Shown: piece after piece, positions 7,738 through 15,978 of the stretch | How the letters are laid out: the number at the start of each line of letters is the position of its first letter | Position numbering within the stretch: position 1 is the stretch's first letter | Translations under genes and position numbers: made by a program | The notes under the pieces: model-generated | The model's input: the letters and a program-made list of their open reading frames with translations, nothing else | What the model was told of the DNA's origin: nothing | Databases searched by the model: none | Assembly (NCBI GenBank): GCA_963974945.1 | Contig: CAXBFT010000001.1 | Location: 1-40,293, forward strand | Direction of reading: 5' to 3' | Origin: an uncultured Alphaproteobacteria bacterium | GTDB lineage: Bacteria > Pseudomonadota > Alphaproteobacteria > Micavibrionales > Micavibrionaceae | Length of the DNA stretch: 40,293 bases

Positions 7738-7786
7738 TACAATAATTGTATTATTTATGCTTTAAAATTGTTTTATGGAGGTAAAA

Positions 7787-8047
7787 ATGCCCAATATTGA
7801 TTTAGGTGATCCTTATGAATCCTACGTCAAAGGTTTAATTGGATCAGGATTATACAGCACTTATGCCGAAGTGGTTAAGGATGCTTTACGCCTTCACATG
7901 AATAATGAAACACCTTCAAAACAAATGGCTTTTATTCATAGCGCTATTGTGGAAGGGGAGGCTGATATTCAAGCAGGCCGAACCAAAAAATATTCGCCCA
8001 AGATGCTGGATAGTATGACAGAGGACGTTTTGAAAGAAGATGTCTGA
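7787..8047 (+). CDS. parD: ParD-family type II antitoxin
   Basis: YSTYAEVVKDALRLH is the typical ParD/COG3609 motif. It overlaps the toxin gene by 8 nt. RBS GGAGG lies before 7787. Confidence 0.8.
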   Translation: MPNIDLGDPYESYVKGLIGSGLYSTYAEVVKDALRLHMNNETPSKQMAFIHSAIVEGEADIQAGRTKKYSPKMLDSMTEDVLKEDV

Positions 8048-8348
8048 TAACTACCAAATCCAATTTTCTGCGCGCGCAGAAAAAGATTTCAAATCTATTC
8101 AGCGATACACGCTCAAGACTTATGGTGAAAAGCAGGTCTGGATTTATACAGGGATGCTGAAAGAAGCTTTACGAAAACTCGAAGAAAATCCGAAATTATA
8201 TGGTCATGTGCGCCCGGATATTCCCCAAATCTATCGCGCTTACAAAGTCGGCGAACACAGTCTGATTTATCGTATCGAAGACCAAACTGTCTATTTGATT
8301 GCGATATTACATGGCAGCATGGACTTTTCCTCTCAACTCAAAACCTAG
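8040..8348 (+). CDS. parE: RelE/ParE-family type II toxin
   Basis: 102 aa with a ParE-like pattern (FSARAEKDFKSI, YRIEDQTVYLIAILHGSMD). It is coupled to the upstream antitoxin. Confidence 0.8.
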   Translation: MSDNYQIQFSARAEKDFKSIQRYTLKTYGEKQVWIYTGMLKEALRKLEENPKLYGHVRPDIPQIYRAYKVGEHSLIYRIEDQTVYLIAILHGSMDFSSQLKT

Positions 8349-8611
8349 ATTTTCCATTTTCCAATAATACTGACGATTTCCTTTTTTGGGAATTATCGAC
8401 CAAACAGCCTTATGCCTTTCAAGATTGGGCAATTTAACTGACCTGCCTTCGCCTATGCTTCAAGAATAAATTTCCCCTTTTCGCATTCGCTCAAATTCCT
8501 CGCGGTGACAAATTTATTCTGTGACGCGTCGAAGCCGGCCAGTGAATTTTATGCCATCGTAAAAGGGCAATATGGTGTTGCTCTAGTGATAAACAACAAA
8601 AGGAAAATACA

Positions 8612-8917
8612 ATGTCAATTATAGCGAATATGAAAAAACAAGAGAATGGAAGTTTTGAAGGAAAACTGAAAACAGCAACCTTGAATCTTCATCTCAAATT
8701 ACAGCCCATCGGTGATGCTGAGGCCAATGATAACAAGCCTGATTTCAGAGCCAAAATCGGAAGCTTCGAAGCAGGGGCAGGGTGGAATAAGATTAGCGAT
8801 AATCAAAATCCATATATCTCCGTTCAGATTGATGCGCCGGAATTTCCAAATCCGATTTACGCCAATCTGGTTCAAAAAGACGACCAGTATATTTTGATCT
8901 GGTCCCGCCAAAACTAA
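8612..8917 (+). CDS. DUF736 domain protein
   Basis: Shows the characteristic DUF736 layout: GSFEGKLKTATLNL, KPDFRA, GAGWNK, YISVQIDAPEFPNPIYANL, ILIWSR. Confidence 0.85.
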   Translation: MSIIANMKKQENGSFEGKLKTATLNLHLKLQPIGDAEANDNKPDFRAKIGSFEAGAGWNKISDNQNPYISVQIDAPEFPNPIYANLVQKDDQYILIWSRQN

Positions 8918-8925
8918 CTCAAATT

Positions 8926-8951
8926 AGCCCCGCTAACTGCGGGGCTTTTTC
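8926..8951 (+). terminator. Rho-independent terminator
   Basis: AGCCCCGC (8926-8933), loop TAACT, GCGGGGCT (8939-8946), then TTTTT. Confidence 0.8.
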
Positions 8952-9236
8952 ATGTTCGAAATACGCTCTTGTCGGAAATGATGGGGGCGTTTTTTGTGCT
9001 TGTAATTTACAGCAATGCACAGCTTGGAGACAGGGTAAAGCGATAGCGGATAGGGCAGAGTTTGTATGAGATAGTGAAGAGGGGTTGTTAGATATAAGAT
9101 TAATATTAATACAAGATAAAAGATATAAATTATATTTATATGAACATACTGTTATTGTTGTATAATTTAGGCGTTAATAATGCTTGTTATAAGTTAAAAT
9201 AAGTTGTATAGTAAGAGGGCGTAAAATTGAGATTTT
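8952..9236. other. Putative oriT region (AT-rich tract upstream of the relaxase gene)
   Basis: This non-coding gap lies between the + strand array and the relaxase gene. Positions 9091-9150 contain only 8 G/C in 60 nt. It has short repeats (GATATAAGAT/AGATATAAAT, GTTGTATA twice) and an imperfect inverted repeat TGTGCTTG..CAATGCACA (8994-9020). No nic site was recognised. Confidence 0.35.
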
Positions 9237-11315
9237 ATGAGGGCTTGGGAAGCGAAGTTGATGTTTTTAGATCGGATCAGGGCTGAGAATTTTACGGGGA
9301 GCGATGGCGTTTCCCGGCCATTGATCGTGACCAGAGATAGCCCAAGAAAAGCGTTCTTCAAAAAGCTCAATCGTCATGGCGAAGTGAAGTCGGGACCGAA
9401 AAAGATTAAACGCAGATCAGGATTGATGCGCGGTAATTCATTTGCAGGTTTGGCATCGGCGCAGCGCGTTGTTGTGAAAATCAATCCGGTAAAGAATAAG
9501 ACCAAAGGTGTTGGATCGGGCGCCAATTCAGGCGGCCAAAATCTCTATCATCATATTCATTACATCAGCCGAAACAGGGCAGGGGAGGATGGTGAAAAAG
9601 CCATCCTGTTTGATGCTAAAAACGAGGGATTGGAGCGTCAAGATTTCTTTGAGTTATGCAAAAATGATCGTCACCATTTTCGGATGATACTCTCACCGGA
9701 GCGGGGTGATGAGATCGAAGATTTCAGAGGCTATGTTCGTGAGGTCATGAAGCGAGTCGAGGGTGATCTCAAGACCAAGCTCTCATGGGTGGCGGCTGTT
9801 CATTACGATACCGATGATGTCCATGCCCATGTGATCATTCGGGGCAAAGGTGCGCGCGGTGAGGATCTGGTGATGGCCCGCGATTATATCGCTTTTGGTA
9901 TTCGCGCAAGAGCGCAGGAGATTGCAACCGAGCTATTGGGTGAGCGCTCGATTGAAGATATTCAAAAGGGCTTGGAGAAGGAAGTGGACGCGCTGCGGGT
10001 CACTTCTTTAGACCGCTTTATTGAAAAGCACGTAGGCGCAGATCAGGTGGTCGATGTCCGCAAAGAAAACAATTTCGGCAAATCAGCGCATTATGAGTCT
10101 GTGCTTAAAGGGCGGTTGCGCTATCTGGCCTCAAGCGGTATGGCTGTCGAAAACCCTCCAGGCGTCTATACACTGAAAGAGGGTTATAGAGATGTCTTGG
10201 CGAGCATTGCCACGCGCAATGATGTCATTAAAAAGCTGTATGAGCGTGTAGAGGGCTTGGATGATCTGGAAGTCTATTCTCTAAAAGCCGGAGAAGGGCA
10301 AGTCATTGAGGGGCGCGTTTTGGATAAGGGGCCAGCCGATGAGCTAACAGATAAGAAATACATCGTTGTTGAATCCTTATCAGGCGGCAAGCATTACGTT
10401 CCGGTAGGTGAAGCCTTTAATTATGATGAGGTAAATAAGCGGGGTTTAGTAAGGGTTCGTCCTTTTGATCAATCAACCGGCAAGGCTGATCATAATATTG
10501 CGATGATTGCAGGGCAGAATGAGGGCATTTACGATATTGAGAAACACCGAGCCTATATATCAGCCGAGCAGTCTTATATTGATGAAGATGTACGAGAGCC
10601 TTACTTACAATCCCATATCAAACGGATTGAGACATTAGTTGCAAATGAGGCTGTCACAGAATTAGGGCAGGGGCGTTATCAAATCCCTGATGATGTGATC
10701 GAAAAGGGCAAAGAGATATCTGCCAAAATCAATGCGCGTGAGAAAAAGCGGTTCTATCCAAAGCTTGATATTCTCTCATCCCATGCGCCGGAAGATATGG
10801 TCGATGCGAAAAAGAAGACCTGGCTTGATAAAGAGCTTTATAAGCGAGGGCGCGGGGATCGCAGTATTACAGACCAATCTCTGGAAACTGCCCTTCAAAA
10901 ACGTCAGCAATGGCTTGTCGATAATAAGTTCGCAATGATCCAGTCTAATGGTGAGTTTGCCATGAAGAAATCAGTGATGCGTGATCTCAGCGTTATGGAA
11001 GTGCATGAAGAGGGTAAATTCTTGGCCACAAAAGCCGGTCTCACTTTTAACGATCATAAAGTCTCATCCGATCAAGCTTATACCTATCTTGGCTATACCG
11101 AGCTTGAGACAGGAAAATGGGCGGTTGCGATGCGCGGAAAAGAGTTGCAAATGGCGCGGATTGACAAAGCCCCCGACCTTGAAAAAGGGCAAAAGGTTCA
11201 ATTTAGCGAGATCGAGCGCGGACTATTCGAAATGCGCGCCGTCGAAAAACAGAAACAGCTAGAACAGCAGCAATCCTCACGCGGGCGTGATGATGATAAT
11301 GAAATGGAGCTATAA
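9237..11315 (+). CDS. Relaxase/mobilization nuclease with a DUF3363-like C-terminus (MOBP/VirD2-like)
   Basis: His-triad motif HYDTDDVHAHVIIRG. DRHHFRMILSPE and DLVMARDYIAFGIRARAQE match my recollection of DUF3363 relaxases. The start codon is uncertain (9237 or the ATG at 9267). Confidence 0.85.
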   Translation: MRAWEAKLMFLDRIRAENFTGSDGVSRPLIVTRDSPRKAFFKKLNRHGEVKSGPKKIKRRSGLMRGNSFAGLASAQRVVVKINPVKNKTKGVGSGANSGGQNLYHHIHYISRNRAGEDGEKAILFDAKNEGLERQDFFELCKNDRHHFRMILSPERGDEIEDFRGYVREVMKRVEGDLKTKLSWVAAVHYDTDDVHAHVIIRGKGARGEDLVMARDYIAFGIRARAQEIATELLGERSIEDIQKGLEKEVDALRVTSLDRFIEKHVGADQVVDVRKENNFGKSAHYESVLKGRLRYLASSGMAVENPPGVYTLKEGYRDVLASIATRNDVIKKLYERVEGLDDLEVYSLKAGEGQVIEGRVLDKGPADELTDKKYIVVESLSGGKHYVPVGEAFNYDEVNKRGLVRVRPFDQSTGKADHNIAMIAGQNEGIYDIEKHRAYISAEQSYIDEDVREPYLQSHIKRIETLVANEAVTELGQGRYQIPDDVIEKGKEISAKINAREKKRFYPKLDILSSHAPEDMVDAKKKTWLDKELYKRGRGDRSITDQSLETALQKRQQWLVDNKFAMIQSNGEFAMKKSVMRDLSVMEVHEEGKFLATKAGLTFNDHKVSSDQAYTYLGYTELETGKWAVAMRGKELQMARIDKAPDLEKGQKVQFSEIERGLFEMRAVEKQKQLEQQQSSRGRDDDNEMEL

Positions 11316-11317
11316 GC

Positions 11318-11737
11318 ATGGCCAAAACCAAACGGGTACAAAAAACAGTATATTTTGATGCGGAAGTCTGGGAAGCATTGGAAAAGCAGATGAAAGTCTC
11401 TCATAATCCCAATGTTTCTGCGATTGTGAATGACGGCCTTCGCTATGCGATGTTTCCTGAACATCGTAATGACCGTGATGCCGATCTGGTAAAGCTCTAT
11501 AACCAGTTTTCTGCGTCTTTGGCGATGCACCGCAAGAAAACAGCGCGAGATCTGGCCTTCATGCAAGAGCTGATCTTGAAATTTAGCCATGAGTTTTTTA
11601 TGCACCATCCTTCCATTCCAGAAGACAGTAAAGCTCCGCGAGAAGCGGAAGCCAATGCGCGGCTTGATGCCTTCATGGAAAATATTGTGCGCAATATGTC
11701 TGAATTAAAGCCTCTATCGGATCGTGAAGAGGTGTAA
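11318..11737 (+). CDS. Hypothetical protein with a possible N-terminal RHH fold (relaxosome accessory candidate)
   Basis: 139 aa, starting 2 nt after the relaxase stop. KTVYFDAEVWEALEKQM...VSAIVNDGLRYAM has a strand-helix-helix pattern. Confidence 0.5.
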   Translation: MAKTKRVQKTVYFDAEVWEALEKQMKVSHNPNVSAIVNDGLRYAMFPEHRNDRDADLVKLYNQFSASLAMHRKKTARDLAFMQELILKFSHEFFMHHPSIPEDSKAPREAEANARLDAFMENIVRNMSELKPLSDREEV

Positions 11738-11740
11738 TTC

Positions 11741-12040
11741 ATGGCATATAGACGCGTCGGCAATGATTTTATGGATGAAGAGGAATATGAATTCCACGCA
11801 ATCGGTGTGTGGAGTTTCTGGGTCTTTATCGCTGCTGCGCTCTTTACCGGCTACAATATTCAGGAGTTTATTCCGGGTGAGTGGCCAAAATGGGCGCGGT
11901 TTGCTTCGACCATTATTCCGGCAGTCATTGTTGGCGGTATTCTTGGCGCTCTTGGTATATTCATCCGCATCGCATTTTTCATTACGCTCACTTGGGGCGT
12001 CATAAGTCTTGTTCTTTATTGGGTTTGGCAGAGTATATAG
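11741..12040 (+). CDS. Small membrane protein (99 aa, 2-3 predicted TM segments)
   Basis: Hydrophobic stretches WSFWVFIAAALFTGY, IIPAVIVGGILGALGIFIRIAFFI and VISLVLYWVW. It is tightly spaced after the previous CDS. Confidence 0.5.
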   Translation: MAYRRVGNDFMDEEEYEFHAIGVWSFWVFIAAALFTGYNIQEFIPGEWPKWARFASTIIPAVIVGGILGALGIFIRIAFFITLTWGVISLVLYWVWQSI

Positions 12041-12115
12041 CTGATCTAATTAGCTCCTCCTTTTTATAAATGTTCGAGATCAATTTTTTGAAGGTTTCGG
12101 AATTAGAAACTGTAT

Positions 12116-12152
12116 TTGATATTTTTGGATAATGATACTATAATATCATTAT
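12116..12152 (+). promoter_or_regulatory. Sigma70-like promoter with an overlapping palindromic operator, upstream of hipB
   Basis: TTGATA (12116-12121), a 17-nt spacer, then TATAAT (12139-12144). The 9-bp inverted repeat ATAATGATA (12129-12137) / TATCATTAT (12144-12152) straddles the -10 box. Confidence 0.5.
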
Positions 12153-12180
12153 GTAGGAAATAAATAATATTGAAGATATA

Positions 12181-12489
12181 ATGGTATCACTTATAACGCC
12201 CGCAAAAGCACAAAAAAAGATCGCAGAACAAGCACGCGCGCGACGTTTACAAATGGAATTAACGCAGGAAGGTCTGGCGGAGCGCTCAGGTGTTGCATTG
12301 CCGACCCTTCGCAAGTTTGAACGCACGGGCGCTCTATCCCTGGAATCATTTCTTAAGCTTCACATGGTGCTTGGCGGATTGGAAGATATCCTTAAAGCTA
12401 CGCAAATTAAAGAAGAGAGCTATTCTTCCATCGATGATGTATTGAAGTCAGATAACGTACCTATCCGCAAGAGAGGGACACGCAAATGA
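12181..12489 (+). CDS. hipB: XRE-family HTH antitoxin (HipB-like)
   Basis: HTH LTQEGLAERSGVALPTLRKFERTG. It overlaps hipA by 4 nt. Confidence 0.8.
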   Translation: MVSLITPAKAQKKIAEQARARRLQMELTQEGLAERSGVALPTLRKFERTGALSLESFLKLHMVLGGLEDILKATQIKEESYSSIDDVLKSDNVPIRKRGTRK

Positions 12490-13730
12490 AGAACTATCTC
12501 TCTGCAACAGAAGTAAGGGTCGGCATTAATTTTGGCGAAGGTGTTCAAACTGTAGGCAGATTAGCTGTACGGGAGCACAAGATTTATTTTGAATATGATA
12601 GCGCCTTTATAAAAAGCGGCATAGAGATATCACCGCTACGCTTATCTTTAAGACCAGGTGTTCAAGGTTTTGATCATGATCTTTTTGAAGGCTTGCCCGG
12701 TGTATTTAACGATAGCTTGCCTGATGGTTGGGGACGGTTATTGTTTGATCGTTTTATAAGATCACAGGGAATATTGCCCTCAGATATAACACCGCTTGAT
12801 CGCTTGGCGCATGTGGGGTCACATGCTCTTGGCGCACTTGTGTTTGAACCTGATCACAGCGCAGATGATACACAAGGCGATATAAACCTTGATAACCTTG
12901 CCTCGCAAGCGCAAGAGGTTTTGGACGGAACGTCGGATGACGTATTGGCGGAACTCATAGCCTTAAACGGATCTTCAGCGGGAGCAAGGCCAAAAGCACT
13001 AATCGGTGTAAACGAGAAAAGGGATCATATCATTCATGGTCTACATGATTTACCCGCAGGTTATGCACCATGGATGGTTAAATTCCCGAATAGTCAAGAT
13101 GGGCTAGATGCCGGTGCAATCGAATTTGTATATGCATTGATGGCAAAAGAGGCTGGCATTACCATGCCTGATGTTCATCTTTTTCAAGCAGAGCGCGGCG
13201 CAGGTTATTTTGCGATTAAGCGCTTTGATCGTGATGGTGACAAACGATACCACATGCACACGGCTTGCGGATTGTTGCATTCAGATTTCCGCACACCTTC
13301 ATTGGATTACGAAGATTTAATTGCGCTCACTGGTATGCTGACTCGCGATGTGCGTGAGGTGGAAAAGCTATATCAGCTGGCCGTGTTTAACGTGTTAGCT
13401 CATAATCGCGATGATCATTCCAAAAATTTCAGTTATTTGATGGATAGCCAAGGGGGATGGAAACTTTCCCCTGCCTATGACCTCACATTCTCATCTGGCC
13501 CACGCGGCGAACAAAGCATGATGGTTATGGGTGAAGGTAAAAACCCTGATACAAGCCATCTGTTAAAGCTGGCAGATGAAGCGAAAATCAAAAAAGACCG
13601 TGCGCTTGAGATTATTGAGAGCACAAAATCCAGCTTGTCCAAATGGTCAGAACTTGCAAAGCAATATGGCGTTAATGATACAAACATTCAGCTGATACAA
13701 AGCAAAATATCGCAGGTGGCCGGCAAATAA
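12486..13730 (+). CDS. hipA: HipA-family serine/threonine kinase toxin
   Basis: 414 aa. Catalytic-loop motif HNRDDHSKNFS, a GSSAGARPK P-loop-like motif, and the N-terminal HipA coupling region. Confidence 0.9.
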   Translation: MKNYLSATEVRVGINFGEGVQTVGRLAVREHKIYFEYDSAFIKSGIEISPLRLSLRPGVQGFDHDLFEGLPGVFNDSLPDGWGRLLFDRFIRSQGILPSDITPLDRLAHVGSHALGALVFEPDHSADDTQGDINLDNLASQAQEVLDGTSDDVLAELIALNGSSAGARPKALIGVNEKRDHIIHGLHDLPAGYAPWMVKFPNSQDGLDAGAIEFVYALMAKEAGITMPDVHLFQAERGAGYFAIKRFDRDGDKRYHMHTACGLLHSDFRTPSLDYEDLIALTGMLTRDVREVEKLYQLAVFNVLAHNRDDHSKNFSYLMDSQGGWKLSPAYDLTFSSGPRGEQSMMVMGEGKNPDTSHLLKLADEAKIKKDRALEIIESTKSSLSKWSELAKQYGVNDTNIQLIQSKISQVAGK

Positions 13731-13791
13731 AATAAGCGCATATTTTAATGTTACAAATTCAAGTAATTTTATTACTTATGGGAATGAAAAA

Positions 13792-14154
13792 ATGAGCAAT
13801 AAACTGATTAAAAATGAGCATGATTATGAAGCAGCGCTTAAGCGTATTGAAGAGCTGTTCGATGCTAAGCAGAATACGCCTGAAGGTGAAGAGCTTGAAG
13901 TGCTGATTACTTTGGTATCTGCTTATGAAGATGTTCACCAAAACCTTGATGTTCCAGACAAGATTGAAGCCAGCAAACGTATAATGGAAGCCAAGGGCTT
14001 TAGAAAGGATCAAAAAATGCGCGAAGTAAGCGAGAGCATTATTAAAGGTATGGAAGAAGCTGTTGGCTTCGCAAAAGGCGAAAAAACGGGATCTGTTGTT
14101 CATAGTGCAGATGAAAACAGTGTCCGCAATGCTCCGGTGAAGAAAAGTGATTAA
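13792..14154 (+). CDS. HigA-antitoxin-like N-terminal region without a recognisable HTH domain (orphan)
   Basis: IKNEHDYEAALKRIEELFDAKQNTPEGEELEVLITLVSAYEDVH resembles the N-terminal dimerisation part of HigA-type antitoxins. The following 60 aa do not look like an XRE HTH, and there is no adjacent toxin ORF. Confidence 0.4.
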   Translation: MSNKLIKNEHDYEAALKRIEELFDAKQNTPEGEELEVLITLVSAYEDVHQNLDVPDKIEASKRIMEAKGFRKDQKMREVSESIIKGMEEAVGFAKGEKTGSVVHSADENSVRNAPVKKSD

Positions 14155-14163
14155 GGCATAGAC

Positions 14164-15978
14164 TTATTCGAGATCGTCGGACAATAAGTCCAATATTTCG
14201 TCTTTCGAATCTTCATCTTCATGATCAGGAATTGTATCAGAGACATTTTCCTGCTTTTTCGCAAACATATCGCTTTGATTAGGGTCTTTGGCTTTTTGCG
14301 CCTTTTTTTCTTCTTCGGTTGGAATATTAAATTTTGGAATATCATTTTCCATGATGTTCAATTTTGGCACAATCGGCGCAGGAACATCGCGGGATTTAAA
14401 ATTCTTATCGCTAAAATACTTAAGCTTATTAGCCTTTATGGGAGAGGAAGACTCCACCAATATAATTTGCTGATTATCTGGAAAGTCACGCATTTCATGT
14501 TTTTCGATCAGAGGCCGGCCACGCTGAGAGACATTATCCATGGGCGCCTCATAGCGCATGGATTTTTTCTTTGATCTTGAAGTGACTTCAACGGTCTGCT
14601 GGCCGCAGCTTTCAGAGACATATTGCGCCGTTGCTAGATCATTTGTCGCAAAAAATACCTGATGGGCGCAGCAAGACAGAATACCGTTCCGTTTTTCACG
14701 GCCATAAGTCACGTCAAGCCAATTTAGAGACTGCACCACTGCCATAACGCGCACATTATAACCAGCCAGAAGTGTGAAGGCAGTTGTCATCGAATCTATG
14801 CGGCCTAACATATGAAATTCATCGAGCAGCATTAAAACCTTGTGCGGTTCATCTTTGCCAGGCTCTTTCATGGAGAGCTTAGTGATGATTTGTTCAAAAA
14901 AGATGCGTAGCAAGGGCGTGAGTGTTTCAATCTGACCAGTTAGAACGCCAACATAAATTGAGAGTTTTTTACGGCGTAAATCCTCGATTTTAAAATCGGT
15001 CTTTGATGTGGCCGCATCAATAAGCGGGTTATCCCACAAGTTTAAGGCCTGATTGAGAGAAGATTTTACACCGGAGCGCTCTTTGGCGGCCTTGTTCGCA
15101 AAATTCATCAGAGATTTTTTTACTGTAGAAGTGAGTTCAGGGTGTGTTTGAACGATATGACGGCAGACATCGCCCAAATCGGCTTCCGTTCCCAAAAGCC
15201 TGTTAATCGCCCCTATTGTTGAAGGCATGGCATTATTATTCATCACATACAGCGCAAGACCGACAAAAAGGGCGCGGGCTTCGGAGGCCCATATCGGATC
15301 ACTTTTAGGTGGGTCTTGTATCAAGATTTTAGCAATGACCTGCAAATCACTGACGCATTGATGTGGGTCTTGGCTGACGGCATCGAGCGGATTATAGCGG
15401 TGCGAGAGGCCATGTTCATCCATTGGCGACCACATAAAGACATCGTGACCATGCTCTTTTCTAAAACCGGCAGTTTTTCTGTAGTTTTCATGCTTCACAT
15501 CAAAGCAAATGATAGAGCCAGGCCAGTTCAAAAGATTAGGAACGACAATGCCAACGCCTTTACCTGATCTGGTCGGTGCTACAATAATGCTGTGTGTGGG
15601 ATGATCGCTGATAAGGTACTGGTTTTTGAATTTTCCCAAGATCACGCCTGTTTTAGCAAAAAGCTTTGCTTTCGTGATTTCTCTTAAGCTTGCCCAGTGC
15701 GCTTTTCCGAAAATATCCTTACCCTTGAAGGCCGTGTCATAAATTTGACCTGCAATAAATATGAGCGCAAGGGCAGGGGCGCCAAAGGCGACAAACAGGC
15801 GTGACCCAGTTTGCTCGTCAATCTCATTTCCAAATGTAAGCCAGATGGAAAGAGGGTTTGCGAGTTCCAAAGGCTGTTTTGAGAGCAGGAAAAACATGAG
15901 TGATGCGGCATAGGAATAGAGAATAAGGCCGAAGATTCCGCCAAAGCCGTATATATATTTCATGTTTGTATCGCTCAT
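14164..15978 (-). CDS. virD4: Type IV coupling protein VirD4/TraG
   Basis: 604 aa with N-terminal TM segments, Walker A VAPTRSGKGVG and an acidic C-terminal tail. An ATGA overlap links it to virB11. Confidence 0.9.
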   Translation of the reverse strand: MSDTNMKYIYGFGGIFGLILYSYAASLMFFLLSKQPLELANPLSIWLTFGNEIDEQTGSRLFVAFGAPALALIFIAGQIYDTAFKGKDIFGKAHWASLREITKAKLFAKTGVILGKFKNQYLISDHPTHSIIVAPTRSGKGVGIVVPNLLNWPGSIICFDVKHENYRKTAGFRKEHGHDVFMWSPMDEHGLSHRYNPLDAVSQDPHQCVSDLQVIAKILIQDPPKSDPIWASEARALFVGLALYVMNNNAMPSTIGAINRLLGTEADLGDVCRHIVQTHPELTSTVKKSLMNFANKAAKERSGVKSSLNQALNLWDNPLIDAATSKTDFKIEDLRRKKLSIYVGVLTGQIETLTPLLRIFFEQIITKLSMKEPGKDEPHKVLMLLDEFHMLGRIDSMTTAFTLLAGYNVRVMAVVQSLNWLDVTYGREKRNGILSCCAHQVFFATNDLATAQYVSESCGQQTVEVTSRSKKKSMRYEAPMDNVSQRGRPLIEKHEMRDFPDNQQIILVESSSPIKANKLKYFSDKNFKSRDVPAPIVPKLNIMENDIPKFNIPTEEEKKAQKAKDPNQSDMFAKKQENVSDTIPDHEDEDSKDEILDLLSDDLE

